A stretch of 62,738 nucleotides of DNA, the filler included, from Nanobdellota archaeon (GTDB lineage Archaea > Nanobdellota > Nanobdellia > Woesearchaeales > CAZZGN01): assembly GCA_051819665.1 (NCBI GenBank). It is 8 parts of 8 records of this genome, joined end to end, with 100 filler letters (N's around TTAATTAATTAA, not from the genome) between each part and the next. Parts side by side here need not be neighbours in the genome. Positions count along the whole stretch, not along the records: positions 1 to 8,653 come from JBNJDG010000040.1; positions 8,754 to 17,150 come from JBNJDG010000041.1; 6 more parts are not named here. One strand, written 5' to 3'. This document shows, piece after piece, positions 1 to 9,632 of this stretch (positions are counted from its first letter, which is position 1; each line of letters opens with the position of its first letter). The position numbers and the translations under genes are program-made. The notes beneath the pieces were generated by a model. The model made no database searches. It had not been told where the DNA came from and saw only the letters and a program-made list of their open reading frames with translations.

Positions 1-1134
1 TCCTTCCTCTTTAGCTTTCCTCAGGCGGTCCTCAGCATAATTATCACTATCCTTCTTATTAAAAACACCATGAGTGGCTGCGATCGAGACCTTCTTTGCT
101 CCTTTCTCCTTGAAGTTCTTTGCTGCATCTATAGCTGAACCACCGCTTGCGATAATGTCATCATAGACAACTACGTGCTTATCCCTGACATCACCCATGA
201 CATGAACCACTTCCGTTCCACCGTCTTTCTGGTCTCTCTCTTTGTTTATTATCCCGTAAAGACCAGATCCGAAGAGATCGGCTGCCTTAGAAGCTCTTGC
301 AGCACCTCCCGCGTCCGGTGTTGCAGGCATGATATTATCTCCATTATTCTCCATAAAATATGCTGTAAAGAGGGGCAAAGCTCCAAGATCATCAACCGGT
401 CCATTAAAATGGCCCTGGTTCTGGTTTGAATGAAGATCGCTTGTAACGATCCTCTCAAGCTTACCGTTAGAAGAATGGTCTAATAATGAGAAAGTCTTTT
501 CAGATGTAACAGGAGCTCTCGGAACATCCTTCCTGTCCTGTCTCTGGTTGATGAGATAAGGAGCATAGAGGATTATCTTTTCAGCACCCGCTCTGGATAA
601 GGAATCCAAGAGATTCTGCAGATCAGCAAAACCATCATTCACTGAGAATGAATCTGAATAAGGAGTGTTCTTTTCAGAGAGAGAATTATAAGCTTTTTTC
701 ATATCCTCCCAGGATTTATCTTTTGTCTCATTGATGAACCTATCAAAAGAGGGGAACTGATTGAAATTGAATGTATAGAAGAGATGTACGTTCTTACCGC
801 TTACATGCGCAGGACCGCTATTCTTTATCTCTCCGTCACCAAATATTTTCGGCCATGCATGAACCGGTTTTAATACATCCTTTATGATCGTGGAGAGACG
901 TTGGTTGAAACCGAGAAAATCGTATTGCGCTTTGATCCTGTCCTCATACTTATGGTTAAGATAGCTATGGAGCGAATCTACGACACCTTCAACAAACTCC
1001 TTTGAAGTTCCTCCCGAAATAATGCGCATATTCTCAAGATTATCTAGATCCCTCCTATCCTTGGAAATCAGATTAGCATCAATGTATCCATTACCAAGCT
1101 CGCTTCTGAAACCTTTCTCACCGTCTTCTGCCAT
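1..1134 (-). CDS. prs: Ribose-phosphate pyrophosphokinase (PRPP synthetase), 3' end runs off the window; absent from the ORF track
   Basis: Manual translation from ATG at 1134 is open to base 1: FGDGEI, PYLINQRQDRK, DLHSNQ, TPDAGGAARA, PRPP-binding motif VVVYDDIIASGGSAIDAA, AATHGVF; GGGGG SD-like sequence upstream. Confidence 0.9.
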   Translation of the reverse strand, partial: MAEDGEKGFRSELGNGYIDANLISKDRRDLDNLENMRIISGGTSKEFVEGVVDSLHSYLNHKYEDRIKAQYDFLGFNQRLSTIIKDVLKPVHAWPKIFGDGEIKNSGPAHVSGKNVHLFYTFNFNQFPSFDRFINETKDKSWEDMKKAYNSLSEKNTPYSDSFSVNDGFADLQNLLDSLSRAGAEKIILYAPYLINQRQDRKDVPRAPVTSEKTFSLLDHSSNGKLERIVTSDLHSNQNQGHFNGPVDDLGALPLFTAYFMENNGDNIMPATPDAGGAARASKAADLFGSGLYGIINKERDQKDGGTEVVHVMGDVRDKHVVVYDDIIASGGSAIDAAKNFKEKGAKKVSIAATHGVFNKKDSDNYAEDRLRKAKEEG

Positions 1135-1329
1135 ATAAAAACCCCCCTTACGACTAAGAGGTAGTATATCTAATATAAAAAGATTACTGTAAGAGAATAT
1201 AATCCCTCTGGAAGTTTACTTTACACTTTCTATGATCTTCCTGAGCATACAATCCCTGTATCTTTCTCAATGAAATCATTTCACTATATCACAACAAATG
1301 ATTTTTATAAGTAATGATGTTTAGAGAAT

Positions 1330-2607
1330 ATGATAGATAGTCTGAAAGAGATATATGACCATTTCAAAGGAGATCATGACGGAGCCATGCCGGATATCTC
1401 CCTGAAAGAGGAAGGTGTGGATTTCAAGACACTTATTTCTGAATTCAAGAACATAAACGCCCATACACCGAGAGTTGCAAGCAACAGATATTTCAGCCAG
1501 CTCTTCAACGGAGAGGATAAGGTAGCCCAGATGGCAGATATGATCTCTTCCGTCTACAACATGCCCATGCATACCTATAAGGCTTCAGGGATCCATGAAG
1601 ATATAGAGAAAGAAGTCATCAATTTCATCAACAGATATACAGGGCATCAGGACGGCATAATAACACCGGGAGGTACGATTGCAGACATGATGGCCATGAT
1701 CATGGCCCGTAATGATAATAACTGGGAAACAAAGGATGAAGGGATAGGCGCAGGAAGATACATGGTCTATGCTTCTCAGATAGCTCATTATGCATTAACG
1801 AGAGGAGCTAATGTCATCGGCATCGGAAGGAACAATGTAAGGAAAGTTCCTGTTGATGAGAAGGGAAAGATGAGAACCGGGAAGCTAAAAGAGATGATCG
1901 AAGAGGATCTCGACAAAGGCCACATACCCATGATGATCAATGCCACTGCCGGTACGACGATAACAGGCACCTACGATAATATCGATGAGATAAGCAGGAT
2001 AGCCAGAAAATTTGACATCTGGTTCCACGTAGACGGCGCTTTCGGAGGGACTTTGATCTTTGATGAGAGGAGGAATAACATACTGAAAGGTCTTGAAAAC
2101 GCCGACAGTTTCTCCTGGGACGCCCATAAGATGCTGGGCCTGCCAATCCCCTCATCAGTCTTCGTCACAAGGAAGAGGGTACTCAAGGAAAGCCTCTATG
2201 AACATGTCCCTTACCTTTTCGGGAGGGGTGATGACCAAGGCTATAAATCCATACAATGCGCAAGGAGGAACAATGCATTGAAGATATGGGCCTATTTCAA
2301 ATATTACGGTGTTAAAGGCATAAAGGAAAGGCTGGACAAACAGTTCGGGAATGTACGATATGCCGTTGAATTCATAAGAAATCATCCGAAGATGAACCTT
2401 GTCCTCGAGCCGGAACTAGTGAATGTATGCTTTACTATAGAAGGTAAGGACAGCACTGAAGTATGCAGAAAAGCTGAAGATAAAGGGATAAAGATAAACT
2501 CGGGTTATCATAACGGTCAGGAGGTCATCAAGATAGTCCTTGTTAATCCTGAGCTTGAAAAGAAGGATATAGACTATGTCTTTAACGCCTTGATAGATCT
2601 CTCATAA
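1330..2607 (+). CDS. Group II PLP-dependent amino-acid decarboxylase (glutamate/aspartate/cysteine-sulfinate decarboxylase-like)
   Basis: TPGGT, ATAGTT, WFHVDGAFGG, and PLP-lysine motif DSFSWDAHKMLG. Confidence 0.9.
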   Translation: MIDSLKEIYDHFKGDHDGAMPDISLKEEGVDFKTLISEFKNINAHTPRVASNRYFSQLFNGEDKVAQMADMISSVYNMPMHTYKASGIHEDIEKEVINFINRYTGHQDGIITPGGTIADMMAMIMARNDNNWETKDEGIGAGRYMVYASQIAHYALTRGANVIGIGRNNVRKVPVDEKGKMRTGKLKEMIEEDLDKGHIPMMINATAGTTITGTYDNIDEISRIARKFDIWFHVDGAFGGTLIFDERRNNILKGLENADSFSWDAHKMLGLPIPSSVFVTRKRVLKESLYEHVPYLFGRGDDQGYKSIQCARRNNALKIWAYFKYYGVKGIKERLDKQFGNVRYAVEFIRNHPKMNLVLEPELVNVCFTIEGKDSTEVCRKAEDKGIKINSGYHNGQEVIKIVLVNPELEKKDIDYVFNALIDLS

Positions 2608-3611
2608 GTTTTCAGAATCTTCTCCGCATATAGACCTTTCTTCACGAAATCCTTGAAACCGGGCACTTTAGCTTTCTTCTGTTGATTCTCCTTAGCGACT
2701 TCTATAAGGAGATTATACTGCTCCATGAGTATTGAATAAGCAGTGAAGATATCATATCCCGGATCAAAATAATTGGTAGATAATGAGAAGACACCATTTA
2801 CCTCAACAATCCTTATATTGCCCTTCATGAGCTCTTCCTCTGAATCTGCCTTTACATCAAACCTGCCGTAGTTGTAACCTGCACCTTTAACAGTATCGTA
2901 TAATGTTTTAAGAAGCTCGTCAGTAGCCAGGTGTGATTTTTCCTTGAAAGTACAACCCCTGGCATGATTCCCTATCTCTGAAACGATGTATTTTTCCCCA
3001 TCAGGCACAATCTTCTCCATATCAGTACCATAGAGCTCCTTTATGTACCTTTTCAGGTGATTATCCTTCCGGAGAAGCTCTTCTACAGAAGATTTACCAT
3101 CCCCTATCACATAAGGCATCTCTTTGGAATTGATGGACAATATCCCCGGTTTACCATTCAGACTATAATAAAAAACACCGAACTCTTTACCCGGATCATA
3201 TTCCTGGACAATCATATCCGCGTTGGTCTTCCTGAGTTTGGCCTTTAAGTCCGCAGAGTTTTTTATCTTGGCCACGCCTTTCCCACCTCTGCCTTTATCA
3301 GGCTTGAGAAAGATAGGGAAATCAAGCTTATTCCTTCTCATGAAGTCTTTCACTCTTTTCTCCTTATCCGAATCATGAGGTATGAAAGAATAAGAGAGGA
3401 ACCTTTTCTGGTTGAACTTTATACTGTTATCATACTTGGAACAAAATTCCCCTCCCAAGCTAAGACCCCAGTTGGCTTTTACAATATGATGAGGAGGTAT
3501 CCTCCTATATATACACCTAATAAGGCCCCAAGGCATCAAAGGGGCCTGGAAAACCTTCAGGTCCAGATGTTCCCAAAAACGGGTCATTGTATTCTTGTTC
3601 ATAGCTCTCAT
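2574..3611 (-). CDS. ATP-grasp carboxylate-amine ligase (Ddl-like family), substrate unknown
   Basis: FPIFLKPDKGRGGKGV, IVQEY, GRFDVK, IVEVNG ATP-grasp motifs; start set at ATG 3611, 2 nt after the GtrA stop. Confidence 0.8.
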   Translation of the reverse strand: MRAMNKNTMTRFWEHLDLKVFQAPLMPWGLIRCIYRRIPPHHIVKANWGLSLGGEFCSKYDNSIKFNQKRFLSYSFIPHDSDKEKRVKDFMRRNKLDFPIFLKPDKGRGGKGVAKIKNSADLKAKLRKTNADMIVQEYDPGKEFGVFYYSLNGKPGILSINSKEMPYVIGDGKSSVEELLRKDNHLKRYIKELYGTDMEKIVPDGEKYIVSEIGNHARGCTFKEKSHLATDELLKTLYDTVKGAGYNYGRFDVKADSEEELMKGNIRIVEVNGVFSLSTNYFDPGYDIFTAYSILMEQYNLLIEVAKENQQKKAKVPGFKDFVKKGLYAEKILKTYERSIKALKT

Positions 3612-3613
3612 TT

Positions 3614-4009
3614 TTAAATTTGTCTGAAAGTCCATAGGGAATTTAGGGTAAAACTGGTCAATAAGACCAATATGCTGGCAATCACCTGCGAATACATATA
3701 ATATATCCCAACAAGATCCGTCAAAGCGTAAAGAGCAGACAGGTTCAGGACAAGACATAATGATGCAATGGCCATGAACTTCATATACTTGATTTTATTG
3801 TTCCCCTTATGCCACTGCCTGAATGACCATCTATTATTCAACAGAAAATTGTTCGTGGCAGCCATGACGAAAGCTACGGATTCTGACAATAGATAAAATA
3901 CATTAAAGATATCTGTTAACAGATAAAGCACCGAAAGATTCACAACCATGCCTATTCCGCTCACTATAGCGAACTTGATGAATCGTGTTGCTGTATTACT
4001 TACATCCAT
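3614..4009 (-). CDS. GtrA family membrane protein
   Basis: RFIKFAIVSGIGMVVN, NFLLNNRWSF, four TM segments, C-terminal LNSLWTF. Confidence 0.9.
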   Translation of the reverse strand: MDVSNTATRFIKFAIVSGIGMVVNLSVLYLLTDIFNVFYLLSESVAFVMAATNNFLLNNRWSFRQWHKGNNKIKYMKFMAIASLCLVLNLSALYALTDLVGIYYMYSQVIASILVLLTSFTLNSLWTFRQI

Positions 4010-4177
4010 TGAAGTGAAGCTCTTAAGGCTGAATATTTAATATTTTCGGAGAGAAATACCATATTATGGCACCTATCCAGAATACAATAACCTACTTATA
4101 CCCGAGCAAAAGTTTAAATATATGGCCTTATAAGAAGAACCACCAAAGGATGATAACTGCTCCGGAGAGGTTTTATT

Positions 4178-5548
4178 ATGAAGAATAAGAAAGAATCAAC
4201 CCTTGAATTTATGGCCGACCATTTTGTCGAATATATGGGAGATATAGAAGAATATCCCAAAGAGAAACAGGAAATGATCCTGAAGGACCTGGCCGAAATT
4301 AATCCGGAAAGCGTTATCCAGTACAGTACCGAGATCAAAGCCCCCGAAACAAGAGAGATAGCCTTACTTAGTGCTCTTGACCATATAAATGAAAAAGACA
4401 TAGGCAAAGAAGGGATTGATTCGGAATTCTACATGAAGATGCCCCAATTTTTCAGGGATAATAACAAACATATATTAAACAAGCTTGGAGAAAAGCTTAT
4501 GGATATAGACACACAATCAACATATATCATATCTGAAATATACAACCTTGATGAATTAAAAATCAAGGCAGGCCATAAACTGCTTAATAAGCCCAAGTCC
4601 AGTGTATTCTTAAACCACAGGGTAATTGAGACCACCAGTCATCTCAAGAATAAGCCAATTGATGATCCTCTGTTCCTCAACGGAGGACACCCACATAAGG
4701 ACGGGTTCCTGAGATCAGCTGAATGGCTCGCCCAGAGCACAAACGATGAAGGACTTTACAAAAATCTCTTCAGGGAACTGATCAATGAAAAGGATTTCAG
4801 ATGGGCATTTGAGATCGGAAAGACTATAGATTCAGAGTTTAACGATAAAGAAGCAAAGATATATGCAAGGAATAAGATAAAGAAAACAAGGTCAATAAAA
4901 AGGGAGATGAAAAACAACAATCAAGAAACTGTTGAAAGGTTCCTCGGGATATATAAGGATAGAAAACAAGGTAAGAAAGCTTGGCAGACTTATCTGAAAG
5001 AGTATTATTCTTTTGCCAAGGATTACGCTTTTAGAACAAAAGATAAGGATAAGATAAATGAAGTCTTGGAGATGATGGTCAAGAAAGAACCTATTAAAGC
5101 TTATGAGAACGGGCATTTGTTTGAAGATAAATCTTTGGTTGATAAAGCAAAAAAGAACTCAGTTAAATCAATGATCAGGAATAAAAACTATAAACAGGCT
5201 TTAGAGAATTTCCCCGATTACAAAGATCATATTGAGAACAAGTGGATAAGGGATAAGAATAATTTATATCAGGCCGAAAATTATGCTGAAACAACCAGTG
5301 ATAATAATCTCCTTAAAAAAATCGCACTCAGGCATGAGAATAAAAAGGATTACTTAAGTTTCTACAGGGTAGCATCTAAATCGGGAGACGATGAGCTTAT
5401 AGAGAAAGCAGGAGAAAAACTTGTAAATAAATATCCACAGAATGTTATCAATCAGAATTTTCCTGCCGAACTCAAGATAAAAGCGATAGATAACCTGAAT
5501 ATTAATAAATCTATGAAGGACCATATGAAGGAACAATATAAAAAATAA
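4178..5548 (+). CDS. Hypothetical protein, charged and probably all-helical
   Basis: 456-aa ORF with GAGG SD-like site; no motif recognised. Confidence 0.65.
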   Translation: MKNKKESTLEFMADHFVEYMGDIEEYPKEKQEMILKDLAEINPESVIQYSTEIKAPETREIALLSALDHINEKDIGKEGIDSEFYMKMPQFFRDNNKHILNKLGEKLMDIDTQSTYIISEIYNLDELKIKAGHKLLNKPKSSVFLNHRVIETTSHLKNKPIDDPLFLNGGHPHKDGFLRSAEWLAQSTNDEGLYKNLFRELINEKDFRWAFEIGKTIDSEFNDKEAKIYARNKIKKTRSIKREMKNNNQETVERFLGIYKDRKQGKKAWQTYLKEYYSFAKDYAFRTKDKDKINEVLEMMVKKEPIKAYENGHLFEDKSLVDKAKKNSVKSMIRNKNYKQALENFPDYKDHIENKWIRDKNNLYQAENYAETTSDNNLLKKIALRHENKKDYLSFYRVASKSGDDELIEKAGEKLVNKYPQNVINQNFPAELKIKAIDNLNINKSMKDHMKEQYKK

Positions 5549-5587
5549 AGTTAACACTTCATATCCAAAGTTTTTTATAATAGTTAG

Positions 5588-5977
5588 GTGAGCCTAACTT
5601 CTATGAGCAAGAGCACTGAGGATTTCCTGGAAGCTGTATACCTTGGAGTTGAGAACATCAGTGATCTCGCAGCTTATCTCAACATAAAGAAACCCAGTGT
5701 CACCGAGAAAGCCAAAAGCCTCGCTAAAGAAGGCTACCTTATCTACAGGAGATATTCAAAGCTGAAACTTACAATGAAGGGAAGGAACCTTGCAAAGAAG
5801 ATATATTTCAAACATTCTTCACTCATAGATTTCCTGAGAAAGATCGGAGTGGACAATGAATTATCCGAGACGGAAGCATGTCTCATCGAACATTACCTGA
5901 GTTATGATACTGTAAAGAAGATAAAGAGAGCTAGTGATAATATTGGACCTCGTAAAAGCGAAGAAAGGAGAGCTTAA
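5588..5977 (+). CDS. DtxR/MntR family metal-dependent transcriptional regulator
   Basis: EDFLEAVY, HTH DLAAYLNIKKPSVTE, EACLIEHYLS metal site; heads the feoAB operon. Confidence 0.9.
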   Translation: MSLTSMSKSTEDFLEAVYLGVENISDLAAYLNIKKPSVTEKAKSLAKEGYLIYRRYSKLKLTMKGRNLAKKIYFKHSSLIDFLRKIGVDNELSETEACLIEHYLSYDTVKKIKRASDNIGPRKSEERRA

Positions 5978-6155
5978 GATAAGCTCGATAGAAGGCGGAC
6001 AAGGCATAAGGGATAAACTCTACTCGATAAACATAAGACCGGGAAAGAGCATAAGGAAGATAGCATCATACCCTATGAAAGGGCCTGTCGTTGTCGAGGT
6101 TGACGACAGGAAGATATCTATAGGGAGAGGCATGGCAGAGAAAGTAATAGTCTGA
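5934..6155 (+). CDS. feoA: Ferrous iron transport protein A
   Basis: KLYSINIRPG...PMKGPVVVEV...ISIGRGMAEKVIV; upstream of feoB. Confidence 0.92.
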   Translation: MIILDLVKAKKGELKISSIEGGQGIRDKLYSINIRPGKSIRKIASYPMKGPVVVEVDDRKISIGRGMAEKVIV

Positions 6156-6160
6156 TAGCG

Positions 6161-7825
6161 ATGAGGATAATACTGACAGGGAACCAGAATGTAGGAAAGA
6201 GTTCTTTATTCTCTAGGCTCACAAGCGCAAAATCCGAGATATCCAACTATCCTGGCACTACTGTGAAAGTCTCCAAAGGTTTCCTCAAGAACGGCGACGA
6301 GATAATGGATGTCCCCGGGACTTACACAGTCAAGGGAGACTCGAAAGCAGAGAGCATTGCAGGGAAAGCAGCGGATGATGCTGACCTCATCGTTAATGTG
6401 GTCGACTCTACAAATCTGGAGAGGAACCTCCTCCTGACGAAAGAACTCGCAGAGAAAGGAAAACCGACTATAATCGCCCTTACTTTCCCGGATGAAGCGG
6501 AGAGAAAAGGCATACATATAGACAGTGACAAGCTTGAGAAAGAACTGAATGTTCCGGTCGTCAAGATAGTCCCTCCAACAGGAGAGGGTATCAAAGAGCT
6601 TGTTTCTAACTTCGATAACCGAAAAAGACTGAAAGAAAATCTCACAACGAGAGATATAGAAACAATAACTTCATTAGTCAAGACAAAGGAGAAGCACAGG
6701 AAGAACTTCAAAGACCGGTTCGAGGAGCTTTCTGTGAAACCCCTTCCAGGAGCAGTGATAGGAATACTCTCTCTCACGACAATGTTCCTCTTCATAGTCT
6801 ACACCGGAGAATTCCTCATAAACAATATCCTCGATCCTCTCTTTAGTATTTATGCTTCTTCACTGGAAGGGCTCTACCAAAGTCTCGGGGAAGGACCTTT
6901 AAGAGACATACTTATCGGAAACCTGGATGACATGGAGACAGCCATGGGCGTGCTCACTACCGGACTCTATGTCCCTATAGTCATGGTGCTTCCCTTCGTG
7001 TTCTCGTTCTACCTTATCCTGAGCTTATTCGAGGACACAGGTTATTTACCGAGGCTTGCCACCATGTTCGATAATATAATGCACAGGGTAGGCCTCCACG
7101 GGCTTGCTATAGTCCCGATGATGCTGGGGGTTGGATGTAATGTTCCGGGAGCCCTCGCCACAAGGATCCTCGAGACAAAGAGGCAGAGGTTCATCGCGAT
7201 GACACTCATCTCGATAGCTGTCCCTTGTGTCTCGCAGATATCGATGATCTACGGCTACATGGGTAATTATGGTGTAAAGGCTTTGGCAACAGTATTCTTC
7301 ATACTCCTGCTTGTATGGATCCTTCTCGGTTTTTTCCTCAACAAACTCGTGAAAGGAAGAAGACCAGCCACATTCATTGAAGTACCGCCTTACAGGATGC
7401 CCAATCTGAAGAACCTTTCAAAAAAGCTATGGATAAAGATGAAAGGATTTTTCAAGGAAGCTGTCCCCTATGTCATACTTGGTGTCCTGATAATAAACCT
7501 GCTCTACAATTCAGGCATAATATCCTATCTCGGCAATATCCTCAGTCCTGTATTGGGAGGCGTATTCGGCCTTCCTAATGAAGCAGTCACAAGCCTCGTC
7601 AGCGGTTTTCTCAGGAAAGACCTTGCTATAGGGGCTTTGATCCCTTTAGGGTTGACTGTCAAACAGGCTATAATCTCCACTGTTGTATTGAGCATGTATT
7701 TCCCGTGCATAGCGATGTTCGTCATGATGTTCAAAGAGTTAGGTTGGAAGTATATGCTTCAGGCTATCGGTATAATGATTGTTTCCACATTCATAGTGGG
7801 AGGCTTCCTCAATCTTGTGCTCTAG
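6161..7825 (+). CDS. feoB: Ferrous iron transport protein B
   Basis: GNQNVGKS, NYPGTTV, DVPG, NVVDSTNLERNL, LFEDTGYLPR, GCNVP, YFPCIA. Confidence 0.96.
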   Translation: MRIILTGNQNVGKSSLFSRLTSAKSEISNYPGTTVKVSKGFLKNGDEIMDVPGTYTVKGDSKAESIAGKAADDADLIVNVVDSTNLERNLLLTKELAEKGKPTIIALTFPDEAERKGIHIDSDKLEKELNVPVVKIVPPTGEGIKELVSNFDNRKRLKENLTTRDIETITSLVKTKEKHRKNFKDRFEELSVKPLPGAVIGILSLTTMFLFIVYTGEFLINNILDPLFSIYASSLEGLYQSLGEGPLRDILIGNLDDMETAMGVLTTGLYVPIVMVLPFVFSFYLILSLFEDTGYLPRLATMFDNIMHRVGLHGLAIVPMMLGVGCNVPGALATRILETKRQRFIAMTLISIAVPCVSQISMIYGYMGNYGVKALATVFFILLLVWILLGFFLNKLVKGRRPATFIEVPPYRMPNLKNLSKKLWIKMKGFFKEAVPYVILGVLIINLLYNSGIISYLGNILSPVLGGVFGLPNEAVTSLVSGFLRKDLAIGALIPLGLTVKQAIISTVVLSMYFPCIAMFVMMFKELGWKYMLQAIGIMIVSTFIVGGFLNLVL

Positions 7826-7861
7826 AAAGATTTATAATGGTTTTATTTTAACTCGTTTTTC

Positions 7862-8470
7862 ATGAAGAAGATCATAACTAATGACGGCTCTGTCACTTTC
7901 TGGAGAAATGATATTGGAGAGAGTTATCACACTAATTCAGGAGCTGAGGAAGAGGCTGTAAAAAAATATATTGAACCCTCGCTGGAAAAACATACAACTA
8001 AAGGCAGGATAAGGATATTGGATGTCTGCTTCGGTCTTGGTTATAATACAGCAGCAGCTTTAGATAGGTTAGATGATGTTGAGGTTGTTGCGTTAGAGAA
8101 CGATAAGGAAATATTGTCCAAGATAAAAGAGATAGAGAGCTCTTTCGATAGTTATGATAAGATAAAGGAAGCTGCTGAAAAACTTTACTATGAGGATGAA
8201 AAGGTTAAGATAAACATAATCCTTGGAGATGCTTTAGAGACTATAAGGGATCTTGATGGAAAATTTGATTTTATATTCCATGATCCTTTCTCAGCTACAG
8301 AGAAACTGTGGTCATATGAGATGTTCGAAGAGTTAAGTAAAAGATGTAAAGGAGTTCTTACGACTTACAGATGCGCTAGGAGAGTCAGGGAGAACTTAAA
8401 GAAGGCAGGTTTTACTGTTGAAGACGTCGAACCTGTTGGAAGGAAAGCTCCCTCTACGATAGCATGGTGA
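7862..8470 (+). CDS. MnmC/MnmD-like SAM-dependent methyltransferase (stand-alone domain)
   Basis: DGSVTF...GESYH...GAEEEA, ILDVCFGLGYN, HDPFS, LTTY motifs. Confidence 0.85.
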   Translation: MKKIITNDGSVTFWRNDIGESYHTNSGAEEEAVKKYIEPSLEKHTTKGRIRILDVCFGLGYNTAAALDRLDDVEVVALENDKEILSKIKEIESSFDSYDKIKEAAEKLYYEDEKVKINIILGDALETIRDLDGKFDFIFHDPFSATEKLWSYEMFEELSKRCKGVLTTYRCARRVRENLKKAGFTVEDVEPVGRKAPSTIAW

Positions 8471-8550
8471 TGTTAATCCTATTTAACAGCTGTTTAATGA
8501 TTTTAACACAGAAAGATTTATAATAATCATAGAAATCTTGCTGTAAATAT

Positions 8551-8624
8551 ACCCGTGTAGTATAGTCTGGACAGTACACAGCCCTGCGGAGACTGAGACC
8601 CGGGTTCGAATCCCGGCACGGGTG
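8551..8624 (+). tRNA. tRNA-Arg(GCG), no intron, CCA not encoded
   Basis: Acceptor stem ACCCGTG/CACGGGT, D-loop with A20, anticodon loop CT-GCG-GA, T arm CCGGG-TTCGAAT-CCCGG; TATA-like TTTATAA upstream; one C-A mismatch in the anticodon stem. Confidence 0.9.
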
Positions 8625-8653
8625 TATAACCGACGGTTGAAAACCCCATAACC

Positions 8654-8753
8654 NNNNNNNNNNNNNNNNNNNNNNNNNNNNNNNNNNNNNNNNNNNNTTA
8701 ATTAATTAANNNNNNNNNNNNNNNNNNNNNNNNNNNNNNNNNNNNNNNNNNNN
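8654..8753. other. Artificial contig spacer
   Basis: 44 N + TTAATTAATTAA (six-frame stop) + 44 N. Confidence 0.99.
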
Positions 8754-8946
8754 GAATCCCGGCCGGGGCATTAGTCCCATTATGCTGCCTTGCGCAGCAT
8801 ATAGTACACTGGTTGATATAGGCTGAAGTGCCTTATGTGGGAATCCCGGCCGGGGCATTAGTCCCATTATGCTGCCTTGCGCAGCATATAGTACACTGGT
8901 TGATATAGGCTGAAGTGCCTTATGTGGGAATCCCGGCCGGGGCATT
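8754..8946 (+). repeat. Tandem repeat of an 87-bp unit (2.2 identical copies), each starting with a tRNA 3'-end fragment and containing a hairpin
   Basis: GAATCCCGGCCGGGGCA at 8754, 8841 and 8928; internal TATGCTGC-cttgc-GCAGCATA inverted repeat. Confidence 0.92.
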
Positions 8947-8997
8947 TATTTGATGATTATCGTCATTCTTAAATAAAGAGCTTACTACCCACATATT

Positions 8998-9597
8998 ATG
9001 GTTAAGGTTGAGGAGATTGTAAATGATTATGAAGTTGTTCTCCTTGATACTAATGTTATTCTGAATTACGCCTATCCGGGTAAAGAGCAGAAGAGGCAGG
9101 TCCCGAAAGGTGAGAATGCCAAATCCTTCTCTTTCTGGAGGAAAGTACTGGAGGAGAACGGGAATATCTTCGTGCCTGAAAAGATCTATGAGGAGCTCTT
9201 TCCGGAAAAAAAGCTGAAGTTCACGAACAAGACCGTAACAAAATCATACAATAAACGGAAGAAAGATATGTTGAAAAACCTGAATATATTCAGTATGTCA
9301 GAGAAAGAGCTGGCCCTTTACCAGGAACTTTATGAGGAGATAGTCCCTTCTGATTTTAACTCTTTCACTACAGGTTCTTTACGGGAGAATACCTCGCTTG
9401 AAGACTATGATCTCCTGGTTTCAGGCTTAGTGAAGGCTGTGAATGATGTCCCTACTGCCATGATATCCAATGACCGGAATCTTTGTAAAAGATGGACAGA
9501 GATCAGGAAGAATGGGCAGAAAGATGCGCCTCTTGCATTCTACCAGAGATTATATGAGAATGTTTTCAAAGAGATGGATCCCTTCCACCAGTATTGA
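8998..9597 (+). CDS. PIN-like domain protein
   Basis: VLLDTNVIL, IYEEL, EDYDLL, MISNDRNL acidic PIN-type motif spacing. Confidence 0.65.
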   Translation: MVKVEEIVNDYEVVLLDTNVILNYAYPGKEQKRQVPKGENAKSFSFWRKVLEENGNIFVPEKIYEELFPEKKLKFTNKTVTKSYNKRKKDMLKNLNIFSMSEKELALYQELYEEIVPSDFNSFTTGSLRENTSLEDYDLLVSGLVKAVNDVPTAMISNDRNLCKRWTEIRKNGQKDAPLAFYQRLYENVFKEMDPFHQY

Positions 9598-9632
9598 ATT
9601 TTTAAGAAAGATTAATAAATGAAGGCTCTATT

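Noticed and set aside
3612..3758. N-terminal extension of the ATP-grasp ORF
   Set aside because: Overlaps GtrA on the same strand; ATG 3611 right after the GtrA stop is more plausible
8706..8945. Repetitive 79-aa ORF
   Set aside because: By-product of an 87-bp (multiple of 3) DNA repeat running into Ns
8754..8946. CRISPR array
   Set aside because: The would-be spacers are identical, the repeat is a tRNA 3' end, and no cas genes are present in the window
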